This document shows positions 10,896 through 22,000 of a DNA stretch of 64,000 bases, piece by piece. Below the pieces are notes generated by a model. The model saw only the letters and a list, made by a program, of their open reading frames with translations, did not search any database and was not told the DNA's origin. Source of the stretch: Rhynchopus sp. YZ270_cl-10 (lineage: Eukaryota); the NCBI GenBank assembly GCA_964035575.1, contig OZ037834.1, forward strand, positions 1,426,001 through 1,490,000. Direction: 5' to 3'. The translations under genes were made by a program, and so were the position numbers. How positions within the stretch are numbered: the first letter of the stretch is position 1; each line of letters begins with the position of its first letter.

Positions 10896-13065
10896 GTATA
10901 GTGTACGATGCACAACATCCACCCCCAACCACCCCCCACACCCAACCCAACCCACACCACATCAGAGGTCGCGTTGACTGCTGCCACGTCTGCTGGCAGC
11001 ACGGTGCACACCCCACCCTCCTCCTTTCACCCTTGTGCTGTCCAGACCCTCGGGGTCGTGAAGACCCCTTTGTCTCTACAGTAGAACCCCACACACCCGA
11101 CTGCTCACACCACCCCACCCTGCGAAGGGATGCGCAATGCAACCCTACCTCTGCCAGGGCATGTCTTGTCAAGAGGACCGACACGAGGGACATCAACACC
11201 ACAACACACATCCTTGCAGAGCTGAAACAGAGGAAAACCTCCTGGTCTCACGCAAAGAACGTTCCGTTGGGCAGCACCACCCCACCCCACAACCCCTTTC
11301 CCTTTCCCTTGACCCACCCTCGGGATGGTTTGCTTCCACCTCCGTTGGCGTGCCCCTCCCACCCCACTACGTCTGGCAACCAACAAAACTCCTTTTTTTC
11401 GACCACACAACTTCTGAGAATGAAGACACCAGATGCAACCAGCACTACGTCATCAAGCGCATGCCCGGTGGTCCCTCCCTCTCCTTCTCTGAACGAGGGC
11501 TCCCAAGCTCATAACATTCATCTCTCCATACATAAAAAGAACTCATGCGACATACACCACACTGAATCATCTGCTGTAACCTGAGCACCCTTCTCCCTCC
11601 TCACCCGCTGCACGAAGACCCCACACCCCACACCCCTCACCACCCCCCATATACGGTATGTTCTCTCTTCGGAGCCCCTCTGAGCACTTGAACGGGGGAA
11701 ACAAAACCCCAAATCTGGGAACGGGAACCGGATCTCAAAGCATAGGGGGGAGGGGACGTTCATTTTTTTCCCCCTGAAAAAAAAAATCCCTCAAAATCGT
11801 TTTGAGGAAAGTGTACTGCATTTATATGTGATGCATAGAAGCTAGAGGGGGACGGCGACGTTGAAAAAAGGTGCATTTAACACAAAAAAAAAACTGTAGT
11901 TGATGCAGGCACCCTCCTACTGACCCACGTACGATGCCAGCCCCGGATGAAAGCACAAAAGTACCCTGCGGCCTACAACAGTAAAAAGGAAAACTTGAAA
12001 GAATATTTCAACATGCACTGAATCCATATGTTACAGTATATGTTGCAGAACTTGAAAGATGAATGTCTCTCATGAACACACACACCTTAACTTTCCCTTA
12101 CAGATGCCAGGTGCACACCGTATGTGGGAGGCGGTGAAAATAGATACTTAACACTCATTACACGATAAAACCCATGGGAGGAGGTTGTGAAACGCACACA
12201 TCTCGACCTATTTGGTGAGGAGTGGCACTCTGCAGCACAATTCGTCCCTAGAACCGCAAAAGTGTGTTCAAAATGCTTTGTTTCTATTTTCTCCTTCATG
12301 AGGTGAAAAAAAAATGGAGAAAAATTGACATAGGTGCACATCTACTAAATGAATGATAATGAAACGGAAGATAGAAAAGGTGCACATGTCTCTAACAGGC
12401 CCCTAAAGCCCACTCCCTCTCCCCCAGCCCCCCACAACAGCAAAGATGAAAAACTTCCACCAGAAATACTAACCTAAACACACACACACACATGCACACA
12501 CTCCTTCTTCTATCCCCTCTTACTCCGTCATTCTCTCGCTCTCTCTAAGCGCCGCTTTCTTCTACTCTAATATCGAATGAAAACCCCCAAAAATAAAATA
12601 ATATGAAGGGGGGTGATCCGCACTTCTTGCATACTTTTTGCGCAAGGAGTGCGCATCCCCCCCATTCAGACACACCATATGAGATTGCATCGTAAACCTC
12701 TCTGTGCATCCTTCACAACCTTCATAAACGCTTCTCAACTCTGAACAAAGTTTATAAGATGATCCTAAGCCTCTCGTGCTTAACCTTAATAACAAAAATT
12801 AACTCCGAAGTCGGGTATTCAACTTCGAGCCAGGTTTTTAGGTTTTTTTGAAAACTTGGTTGTATTAGTGTAAGACACCCGAGGATCTCCGTTTTTTGAA
12901 AATTTATCAAAAAAAAAAAAAAAAAAACAGGAATGGAGGTTAGACAACCAAAACCCGCTCGGTGTTCAGACTACCCCCCTCACTACGGGATGGAGCACAT
13001 CCACCCCACCCTTCTTAAGAGCCATATCCTAAGAATTACCCTCAGGCATCCACCACCCCACCTCT

Positions 13066-14355
13066 CTATGACCCATGTCTTGCAGAATAAAAACTCCTCG
13101 ATGGACTAGAGGAGTGCGAATAGGAGTGTGTACTGGTCTGCCCGGTTCGCGCTGAGTGGTATTCACGGTCGGCTGCGTATAGTGCGCGCCCTTTGAGACG
13201 CGCTTCGTTGAAGAGACGCTCGAAGAGCTCACGGTCGGTGTCCGCAGCACCACCTCCACCCCCACCACCCCCTCCTCCACCCCACGCACTACCACCACCA
13301 CTGCGGCCTTCAGCGTTGTGTCCACGCCACCCAACGGAGGGTCGTCCTGTGGAGGATGAAGGACTGTCACATTCTGGTGCTCTCAGCTTGCGTGGTGCAA
13401 ACCTTGCCACATACGCGCGAAGCTCCTTCTGAGAGGTCTGCCTCCCAAACCTACTCCGCATCCAATGCGCCAGCTCCAACCACTCCACCTCCACCTCCTC
13501 TAACTCCCCGCTCTTCTCCTCGCTTTTATCTGGATCCTCATATTGCCCCGGCGCTTCACTATGCAATGCACGCTGTACATCCTTCTGCAGAGAGCTGAGA
13601 TGTCTAATCCTTGCGCCATATTGACTGTCTAAGGAGCTGAGTTGCGAAAGGGGGAGGTCGTGGAGCGATTCGGACGAAGGGATGAGGGGGTCCTGCGCGG
13701 AAAGGCCAGGGAGGTTAGATTCTAAGGAGGCTTCGATGGGAGAGTCGCGGACGGAGAGCTCTGAGTGAAGTCGTGCCTCGGCAAGCCCTGTGGTGAGGGT
13801 AATGACCTCTGCTTGCGCAGCGTCGCCCCGTCGTTCTGCTTCGGTGCAACGTAATTCCAACAGTGCAATCTGCTGTCGTAGCGCAGCCACCTCATTGCTG
13901 TTGTGGTGTTGGGAGCGGGCAGAAAGCTCATCCGCCAATTCTTGGTTTTCTTTGACAAGGCGTGTGTGGTCTACTTCGATGGTTGCTAGTCGTGAGGCGA
14001 GGGTGCCGATTCGTGCAGTTTTTTCATCTAATTTGGCGATAGTATGTGCTTCATCGTGTTCTGCGCTGTCTAAACGCGCTTCGAGGTCTTCGCGGACAAC
14101 TAACGCTTCGTCTAAACGTTGTCTTAGCATATCGGTTTCGCCCTCATCAATGCGCACCATAGGGGAGGAGACGAACATATCCTTCTCGCGCAGTCGTGTC
14201 AGCTCCGCATCCAACCCCGCCGCACCACGGCGTTCGTGGTTCAGCTCCTCCTCCAAATCATCCATCTGGTGCACCAGGTCGGTCCTCTCCTTCTCAAGCA
14301 ACGCCACCAGTGCGCGAAGCTCGCGCACCTCCACCTCCGGCGGTACCTCCTCCAT
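13066..14355 (-). CDS. Coiled-coil protein of unknown function
   Basis: 429-aa ORF with long E/L/R heptad stretches and a Gly-rich low-complexity C-terminal region. Confidence 0.65.
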   Translation of the reverse strand: MEEVPPEVEVRELRALVALLEKERTDLVHQMDDLEEELNHERRGAAGLDAELTRLREKDMFVSSPMVRIDEGETDMLRQRLDEALVVREDLEARLDSAEHDEAHTIAKLDEKTARIGTLASRLATIEVDHTRLVKENQELADELSARSQHHNSNEVAALRQQIALLELRCTEAERRGDAAQAEVITLTTGLAEARLHSELSVRDSPIEASLESNLPGLSAQDPLIPSSESLHDLPLSQLSSLDSQYGARIRHLSSLQKDVQRALHSEAPGQYEDPDKSEEKSGELEEVEVEWLELAHWMRSRFGRQTSQKELRAYVARFAPRKLRAPECDSPSSSTGRPSVGWRGHNAEGRSGGGSAWGGGGGGGGGGGAADTDRELFERLFNEARLKGRALYAADREYHSARTGQTSTHSYSHSSSPSRSFYSARHGS

Positions 14356-14934
14356 TGAGGAAAGCGAGGGGTGGTGGAGGGGGGGCCTGATAGAAAGGGG
14401 TGGCTAGGGGGGAGAAAATTGGCAGATGTGTACCGTATGAAATGCAACTTAAGGTACAAAGCCTTCAAGTCTACCCAGAGAAAAGGGAAAAGACTCAAAC
14501 ATTGTTGACAACTCCACCTGCCGTATCTCAACTAAGGTCATTTATTATAGCCGGTGTGACAGTGCATTTGTGCTGCAGAAGGACCAATGTGTGATGTGTT
14601 GAACACACCAGACTAACCCACCCACCCATTTATCACCTTTTATCACAACAACCATTATTCTGTTCAGATGTCTTACAGAATATGCAAAAATGTATCATGA
14701 TGCATTCTGAAATACTACTTCACCCACACATCAACCTCCAGAATGACTGCTTCCAAAAGGGGGCTACCCATACCATACCACTGCAAGACTCAATGCTGTC
14801 TCGTCTTCTTCTCCCTCCCATTCTCCGCTTTTCTCATCTCCCATGCAAAAAGAATCCCCATTCTTGCATTCCCCCAAGCAGATGTATCGCAGTGGCAACG
14901 GACAGAGAAACCCTCCCCATCCCCCTTAGTCGAT

Positions 14935-15030
14935 ACTGTATTATAATAATTGCCCATCACACATAATACACAATACAGCTGTATTGTGATGTGCATTATG
15001 TAATGATGATAGACAATTATCACAACACAG
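14935..15030. mobile_element. Small foldback/MITE-like element (second copy ~28333-28428)
   Basis: Imperfect palindrome ATAATTGCCCATC..CACAATACAGCTGTATTGTG..CAATTATCAC, present twice in the window. Confidence 0.45.
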
Positions 15031-15916
15031 CATCCACTACTGCCCCTCCTCCCCTCCTCCCCTTGGACGCAGATGACCTGCTGACAATCCCTGCTACATC
15101 TTAGACCTCTGTACTACTCTTAAACGGAGCAAGAAAGATGTTCTCCCTCCTCTCCTCTGCCCCCACCCTCTACGGAACTGCAAGAAAACCCCACTCCAGC
15201 CCGCCACCTCATTCATACACAAACCTTATACGTCAACAAGCCTGCACACAGTGAACCATCGCTGGATATCGCTATGTTATGAAGCTCCTTCTTCCTCAGT
15301 CCTCTCCCCCCTTCCCACCCTCCCACCCCATGCCTCCTTCTTCCTTCCTCATTCCTCCGGCAGCAAACGTAGTGGTAGCTGTGAATACCATTAGATTCAT
15401 ACCAAAAAAAAACTCACAATGTACCGGAACACCAAAAAAGGGTCATCGCAACAAAGAAAAAAACCTGTCTGTTGTTTTGGCAGCAAATTTGGCTTCAGAG
15501 GTGTCACCCCTGCTCTTATACCCCATTCCTCTTTCTCTCATGCCCATCCAATGGGTTCTACAATTGGCGATTGAATGAAGAACCTAGAAGAACCCCTCAA
15601 AGAACCTCCTCCACTCTCAAGACGTAAAGCCATGCAGATTGTCCCCATACCATGCCCCCCACCACCTCCACCACAACCCCCTTCTTAGTGCACCACAGAC
15701 ACAACACAATACCCCTCGGAATACCTCTTCTTCTTCTCCTTCTCAAAGAGTCATAAAAGAGGAGTTGAAAAGGTAATTTGAAAACGCACATTTCTTTCTA
15801 TTGTTCATCTCAACAATGTTCCCTCCCTCCCTTTGAGGCCTATTCTCCTCCACTCCATCCCCCCCAAAAAGGAACAAAAAAGCCTCTTATTTTCCCTATC
15901 TCCTCTCAACTCACCT

Positions 15917-17758
15917 CTAGGATTGATTTCCTTGGAGGGTGACAGTTATGGTTGCGGAGAACTCTGGGAGGGGAATGTCGGCGGACAGCGTTGGTGTGAG
16001 TAGAGACAGCGTTTGTATCAACCGAGCAAGGGTTGAGGGGGGGCAGGAGCGCGGAGGGACGGTGATGACTGTCTCGGAGGTGATTGCGGCGGAAGAAAGG
16101 ATTGCACCGGGGATAGCTTGGTGCAATCCGAGCCGTACATTCGCGATTTTTGTCACCGCAGCATCTCTATCAGAAGGAAAGGCAACGTGCCCTACCCTCT
16201 GCATACAGTTTGCAAGCAACCACTCCTCTGACCCTTCAAAGCTTACATCATAGTTGATAAGAATCACTTCAGTGCGTTCCTCTCGATTCGCAAATTCTGT
16301 GCACATCAAAACTCGCCCATCAGGGTCACCACTGGTAGAGTCATAATACGTTATTCCTCTTCCCGCATTTCGAAGCGCAGAAAGAATGCCGGAATGGGTC
16401 TCGCGTTTTGCCTGCTTCAACGACGCACCTCCGTTACGTTGGGTAGCGTACAATGCATCGCGTTCAATTATATTAGCACCGGAATGTCCTAAAATTACTC
16501 CAACCGAGGATTTTCCACACCCCGGAGGGCCGATGGGGAGGACCAATACAGAACGCGGGATTCGTCTCAGCTCAAAAACCTGCATGACATAGTCGGTACC
16601 AGGTTGGAATTCATAACAGCTATACCCAGAGACAGAGAAGGGGTGGGCTGGGGTGGGTTCACATTGTGTACAGAGTGAATAGGTCGAGGAAAGCAGAATA
16701 GAAAGGTCCTGATACGAAGTTTGCTGATTGCATGAAATATAAATAATCGTTTCAACAAGCCTGTGAGCACGTAGAGCGGAGGCAGTATGGTGCGCAAGAC
16801 CCCCTCTCCCTGCATTTAGTATCACTGTAGAAAGGGTAGACCCGCATACACTGTGAATCCGTTCTGCATATGCAAATTTATCTTCGACAGGAAGAATAGT
16901 AACCTTCCCTGCAAACTGCTGTGTATTCAATGCAAGATCATGCGCAACACGTGGACAATGCGGTAGACACACAAAACCTTCAAAACAATGCCCATATCGT
17001 TTGTAAAAGGAGACAACTGCTGCATTTGAGTCCCTCCCCATGAACACCAGATTCCCTCTTTTCTTCTGATTCTCCATAAGTTCGGAGAAATATTCCCAGA
17101 GGCGATCTTCTGCTTCATGGTTTACCTCTGAGAAAGTATCAGGGCTGAGAAGGTATTCATCACCCCACGGAGTCGTTTCCGTCAACGCGCTGCCCAAAAC
17201 AGCGCAATAAGGGTTGTGCTTCGTAGGCCTCGCCTTCCCTACACTGCTCTGTGTAACAACACATTCCATTCGTTCCGAGAAAACGGCGGTCAAAGAGGTC
17301 ATAATTTTGGGAAATACTTTGTCCTCAAAGCGAGTATCGTCCCTCCCTCTGAAAAGCAGTTTTAACAGAAAATGGTTGCGGCGGCTGCATTTGACGCTTA
17401 TCTCGCGGAATACCTCAAGGTCCGTCCACTCCTCTGCTGTACAGACCTCCCTGCAGATGGCAAGAACAGACTGTACAGTGTCGTTGCAAACAGAGGAGGC
17501 CAGGTCGGTCAGTTCGACGCACCCAGCATTCACATTGTATGTCACCTTGTTCCGATACCCCAGGACAGCGCCACGTACCCTCCGATCCTCCCAGGCCGCA
17601 AGGCTGTCCAGAAGGGTCCGTACAGAGGGGGTAACCTCCTCAGGGCGAGTTCGTTTTACGTCTTTTCCTTCGTCGACGAAGCCTGGAGGGGTAGAACGTT
17701 TTCTAGATGGTTTGATAGCGTTAGCTGCTTTATTAGGACTTTCTTGAATAGATTCCAT
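15917..17758 (-). CDS. Divergent TrmA/RlmD-family RNA (uracil-5)-methyltransferase fused to a C-terminal P-loop kinase-like domain
   Basis: Motifs YRNK, LSPDTFSEVN, ILNAGRGGL, IIYISCN (catalytic Cys position) and FQPGTDY, followed by Walker A GPPGCGKS. Confidence 0.7.
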   Translation of the reverse strand: MESIQESPNKAANAIKPSRKRSTPPGFVDEGKDVKRTRPEEVTPSVRTLLDSLAAWEDRRVRGAVLGYRNKVTYNVNAGCVELTDLASSVCNDTVQSVLAICREVCTAEEWTDLEVFREISVKCSRRNHFLLKLLFRGRDDTRFEDKVFPKIMTSLTAVFSERMECVVTQSSVGKARPTKHNPYCAVLGSALTETTPWGDEYLLSPDTFSEVNHEAEDRLWEYFSELMENQKKRGNLVFMGRDSNAAVVSFYKRYGHCFEGFVCLPHCPRVAHDLALNTQQFAGKVTILPVEDKFAYAERIHSVCGSTLSTVILNAGRGGLAHHTASALRAHRLVETIIYISCNQQTSYQDLSILLSSTYSLCTQCEPTPAHPFSVSGYSCYEFQPGTDYVMQVFELRRIPRSVLVLPIGPPGCGKSSVGVILGHSGANIIERDALYATQRNGGASLKQAKRETHSGILSALRNAGRGITYYDSTSGDPDGRVLMCTEFANREERTEVILINYDVSFEGSEEWLLANCMQRVGHVAFPSDRDAAVTKIANVRLGLHQAIPGAILSSAAITSETVITVPPRSCPPSTLARLIQTLSLLTPTLSADIPLPEFSATITVTLQGNQS

Positions 17759-18540
17759 TAAAATAACGATGAAAGGAAAGATATAAAAATCCTTGATGAT
17801 AAAGTGGAGAGGGGGAGAGAGGGGAGAGAGAAAGGGATATAAAAAAGAAAATTGCCAGATCTTTTTTTCTACTATTCTCAAATACAGAAAAAAAAAAAAG
17901 AATAAAGGGGAGAAAGGAGGGATGTGGGTATCATTTTTTTTTTTTTTTGACAAGATGAAAATTTCCGAAAAAGAGAAAAAGAAAATCTTGAAATGATTTG
18001 GACACAACACTGCAATGCAGAAAGGTATTTACCATATGAAGAGACGGAGATGTATCGGACTCCACACCACGATTACTTTTTTTTTTTCGAAAACTTTGAC
18101 AACGTGTACCCCCCCGCGAATGGGCTATCCACGCCAAGAAATATAAAGAAAGGTGGTGTTGCAAAGACGTCTCCAGGACGACACTGACTTAAAAATAGAA
18201 AATAGAAAATAGAAAAAAAGAAAAATAAGAAGAAAAATAAGGCAAGGAATGGGGATCTAAGGGGGAGAGGGGGAAAACGAAGAAGAAAAAAAAAAAGGTT
18301 GGAAATAGATTTTCTATAACCATTGTGTACCAATTTCATAACAAAAAAAAAATCGACTTTTTTTTTTCTCCCTCGTTGTGTTGCTTTTTTTTGTGCATAC
18401 AGAAAAAAAAAATCATTATACAATAATGACAAACAACCTTTGTGGGTTTTGTTTGTCTTTACTTTTGACACCTCTAGAAAAATAATAACTACTGAACAGA
18501 TAATAACAAATACAGGCGATACAAAAAAAAAAAAAATCAA

Positions 18541-18581
18541 AACTTGCAAGATGAATGTGCCTCTCGTGCACACACACATCT
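18541..18581 (-). repeat. Dispersed hairpin family B (other copies near 603, 6239, 12049, 25945, 30736)
   Basis: Minus-strand AGAUG-UGU-GUGUGC-ACGAGAG-GCACAU-U-CAUCU-U(U/G)CAAG. Confidence 0.8.
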
Positions 18582-19038
18582 ATATATAAAAGGGGGGGAA
18601 ATTTATGCAAAGATGGGCGCCAGCTCATCTTGGGTCTTTAAAAGAAAAATCTGTAAGTGCAAACACCTCACCGGACACCGGTAGACGCAGGCACTGGGGT
18701 GGAAGAAAAAAAAATAATTTTTTTATAAGATGAACCTAAGCCTCTCGTGCTTAGTCACCTTATAAAAAAATAATAGAAAAAGTTAGTAAGGCAAGCCTCG
18801 TCCTCTCACACTTCACCTAAAACTGAAATGAAATATACTTGGGTAAGATTTTAACAACGCGAGTACAAGCACAGCCCTCCATCACGCTATGTGTAGATAC
18901 CCGCAAAAACACAAAACAGGGTTAGTACTGACACTCAACAAAAAGGCAAGACAAGCCTGACACTAACGAAAACACCTCAACCACTCCACCTCTTTACTCT
19001 ACTGACACCCTTTCTAAGAAACCCACGCTTTTTTTGTT

Positions 19039-22000
19039 TCAGTGCCGTCTTGCAGCCTCCTTCTGCCTGAACATATTCAGACTCCGTTGGGTGTTTGCTC
19101 TGTCCTGAAGGTTCTGGACGTCAAATGCGGGGGAAGGTATGTTTTTTGCACTTCCACCACCACCACCTCCTCCTCCTCCCCCTGGACCCACACTGGAGGC
19201 ATCAAGAATGGTCAACAGCTGTTGGGCGGCATTGGGTGGGAGGGCAGTTGAGAAGGCACCACCACCACCTCCACTTCCTCCATTTCCTCCGCCTCCGACG
19301 GACCCCACAGAGTTTAATGGGCGTGGTGGGGAAAGCCCCCTTGCTGCAGCCGCGCGCGACCTTGGTGCGGAAGGGACCGATGCCACCGAAGACGGGGCCT
19401 GCAGACCACCTCCCCCTTCCCCGCGCCCGGTCTCCTCAAACCGCAGCCGTGTTGCTTGCCGTTCTTCTTCTCTGTTGCGTTCGTCGTGGGTCATGACCTC
19501 CCACGCAGCATCGCGCGCTGAGGCAACATGCTGTGCAGGAAGCGCAGCAGCACCGTACAACGTTCTGTGCACATCAGCAAGCTTCCCACCAGGGACGGGG
19601 CGTCTTGGGGATGACACGGCACCACCCCCACCGCGTCTGGTTGGGGTGCCGGTGTAGCCTTTTCTTGCAGCATTAGAAGTTGATGTCGAACGCCGTTTTG
19701 GACGCTTCTTCCGGGTTTCAAGACGTTCTACTTGAGAGCGGAGTTCATTGATAGCTGCCTCATGCTTGTCGCTTGGGCTATGCCCATACGCAGATGGGGG
19801 TGACGCAGAGGCAACTGATGCAGGACCGACACGAAGTGGTGTCAGTGGTGGCGGCGGGCCTGCCATGGCAAGACCACGGCTGTCGTTGTCATCCGTCTCC
19901 ATCTCTGCAGACACCGCTCCTAACGCATTCCGCAACGTATCCATTGGGTCACGACAACGCGCCACCAACTCTCTCGAGACCCGCAGAGCTGGCTGATCTG
20001 TTGTCATCACCCGAAGTCTCAACTGCGTTGTAACCTGCGAAGGGTGCAGCTGCAGCTCCGTTGCCTCCACCGACAGCAACGTTGCTGTAACCGCAAGCAA
20101 CCCCATCGGGTCGGACACAGGCATACGTAGTGTGATCCGCACTATAGGTGCCTCCAAGGAATGTGAGGCAGGCCCCTCCTGGCGTTCTTTCGTCTCTGCG
20201 GTCACGACTGCAGCAGGCCACCAATTCACCCGACCATCGCTGAATGCAACCTTAACGTTGTTCGCTTCGTCCACTGCAAGGACAGTCCCCGTCGCACCAC
20301 AGTACAACGTCATCTGCGGTGCCCACGCAATAGAAACGCTCGCCACCACTGCGGCCTGCACCTTGGCGACATCAGCATCGACGGTGACGACACTGCCTGG
20401 ACGGGGAGGGGTGGAGGTGGAGTCGCCCCATTCACCATCAGGGTAGCGCTGACGGAGGAGTGTCAACAACTGTGCTTCGCGACCACGGAATTCATCGATA
20501 ATGCTGTTTACACTGGCCAGAGACTGCGGTGCATGCGCAGCAAAGTGTGCGGCAAGAAGACCACGAATCCGGCGGGCCTCCTCTGGATTGCCACTCTGTG
20601 CAGGCACCACACTATGCGTCGATGTCGGGTTTGATACGGTGTGTGCCGGCAGGTCCAACGGAGCGACCGGGAGGGGTGGAGGTGGTGACGGCTCTCTGAT
20701 AGGGGAGAGCTGCACAGGGCTGTTCACATCAAGCCCAAGCCGCCTCAACCGCGCAATCGACGGCCCATCCCCCGCCTGCGCAGCCACCGTCAAATACCTC
20801 ACTGCAGCCTGCTCATCCTGCACAATCCCAAAGCTCCCCTCCAACAACCACGCCCCCACAGTACCTGCTGCAGTTACATAGTTCGGATGCATCGGATCGT
20901 CCGCCTGCGCAAAGCTCTTTTGAATGACCTGCACCATCTCATCCTTCTCTGTATCCTGCTGCACACTACTGAACGATGGCGCTGCCTCCGGGAATTTCTG
21001 CGGCGAAACATGAGGGGAATGGTGTGGACTCCCCCCTGGGCTGGGCGGCGCATCGTCAGGCAAGCCATACACCGCGAAGGGCGCGACACCTCTGATATGC
21101 GTTGTACTCTGAATCTGCGGAACCGGCGCTGCAGCACCATACTGTCTCGCAAAGGCGGCCACCATCTCCGTCAACAGATAGTTATGCGAAGGCACCGGAA
21201 CGTTCTGAACGATTCTCAGGAACGCTGCAGTCAAACAGCCTGCTTCTCTGATGTTCCCTCCTGCAGCGCTGATCACCACTACCTCTGCCTCAAAGGCATC
21301 TCCTGGCAATCCACTCGCCGTGCGTCCACCAGGCACCAACCGATTCTGCAATGAAACAATCGATGTCGCCGGATGAGCGTCCACAAACACCACACACCGC
21401 ACCCCCTTCGGCAGATCCTGCAACAACGCGACCCGCAGATCCGTTGCCGTCACACACCCACCCCCAGGGAGACCCAACCCAGACCCATCCCCTCTCCCCG
21501 AGAGATACAAAAACAGAACATCCCCAGGACGGCTCCCTTCCCCTAACCACCGCACGCTTCCCATGACACTCTGATGCACCAGCTCTGTAGGAGACGTCAG
21601 CACCCTCAGGGTCGGCCGAAGCTGCCCTGTCAACCATTGACTTAACGCTTCCACACCGCCTCCTTGCGCTCCTACGAAAAGGGCTCTAGAATATCCAGGG
21701 ATTTTGACAAGAGGTTCGACTTCTCTTGGAGAAGGGATAGGGGATGGTAGGGTGGGGGAGGCAGGGCGGGGGGAGGCGGGGGCAGGGGGTGCGAGGGATT
21801 CGGAGTTGCGGACCTTGGCGAGGAGGGATTCGTAGAGGTCGTGCTCTGCACCGAGGTATTGGTTGAGGATGGCTTCGATCTCGGCAGGCGTTTTGGTGGG
21901 TGTGTGGATGTGGTAGAGGGTTGTGATGCGTTGGCGGTAGTCTGCTGCAGTGGGCCCGGTAGGGCTGTCTGGTTGGTGTTGTGGTTGTTGTTGTTGTTGT

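Noticed and set aside
10834..11763. Short ORFs upstream of snoRNA cluster 1
   Set aside because: No recognisable motifs and no consistent exon chain.
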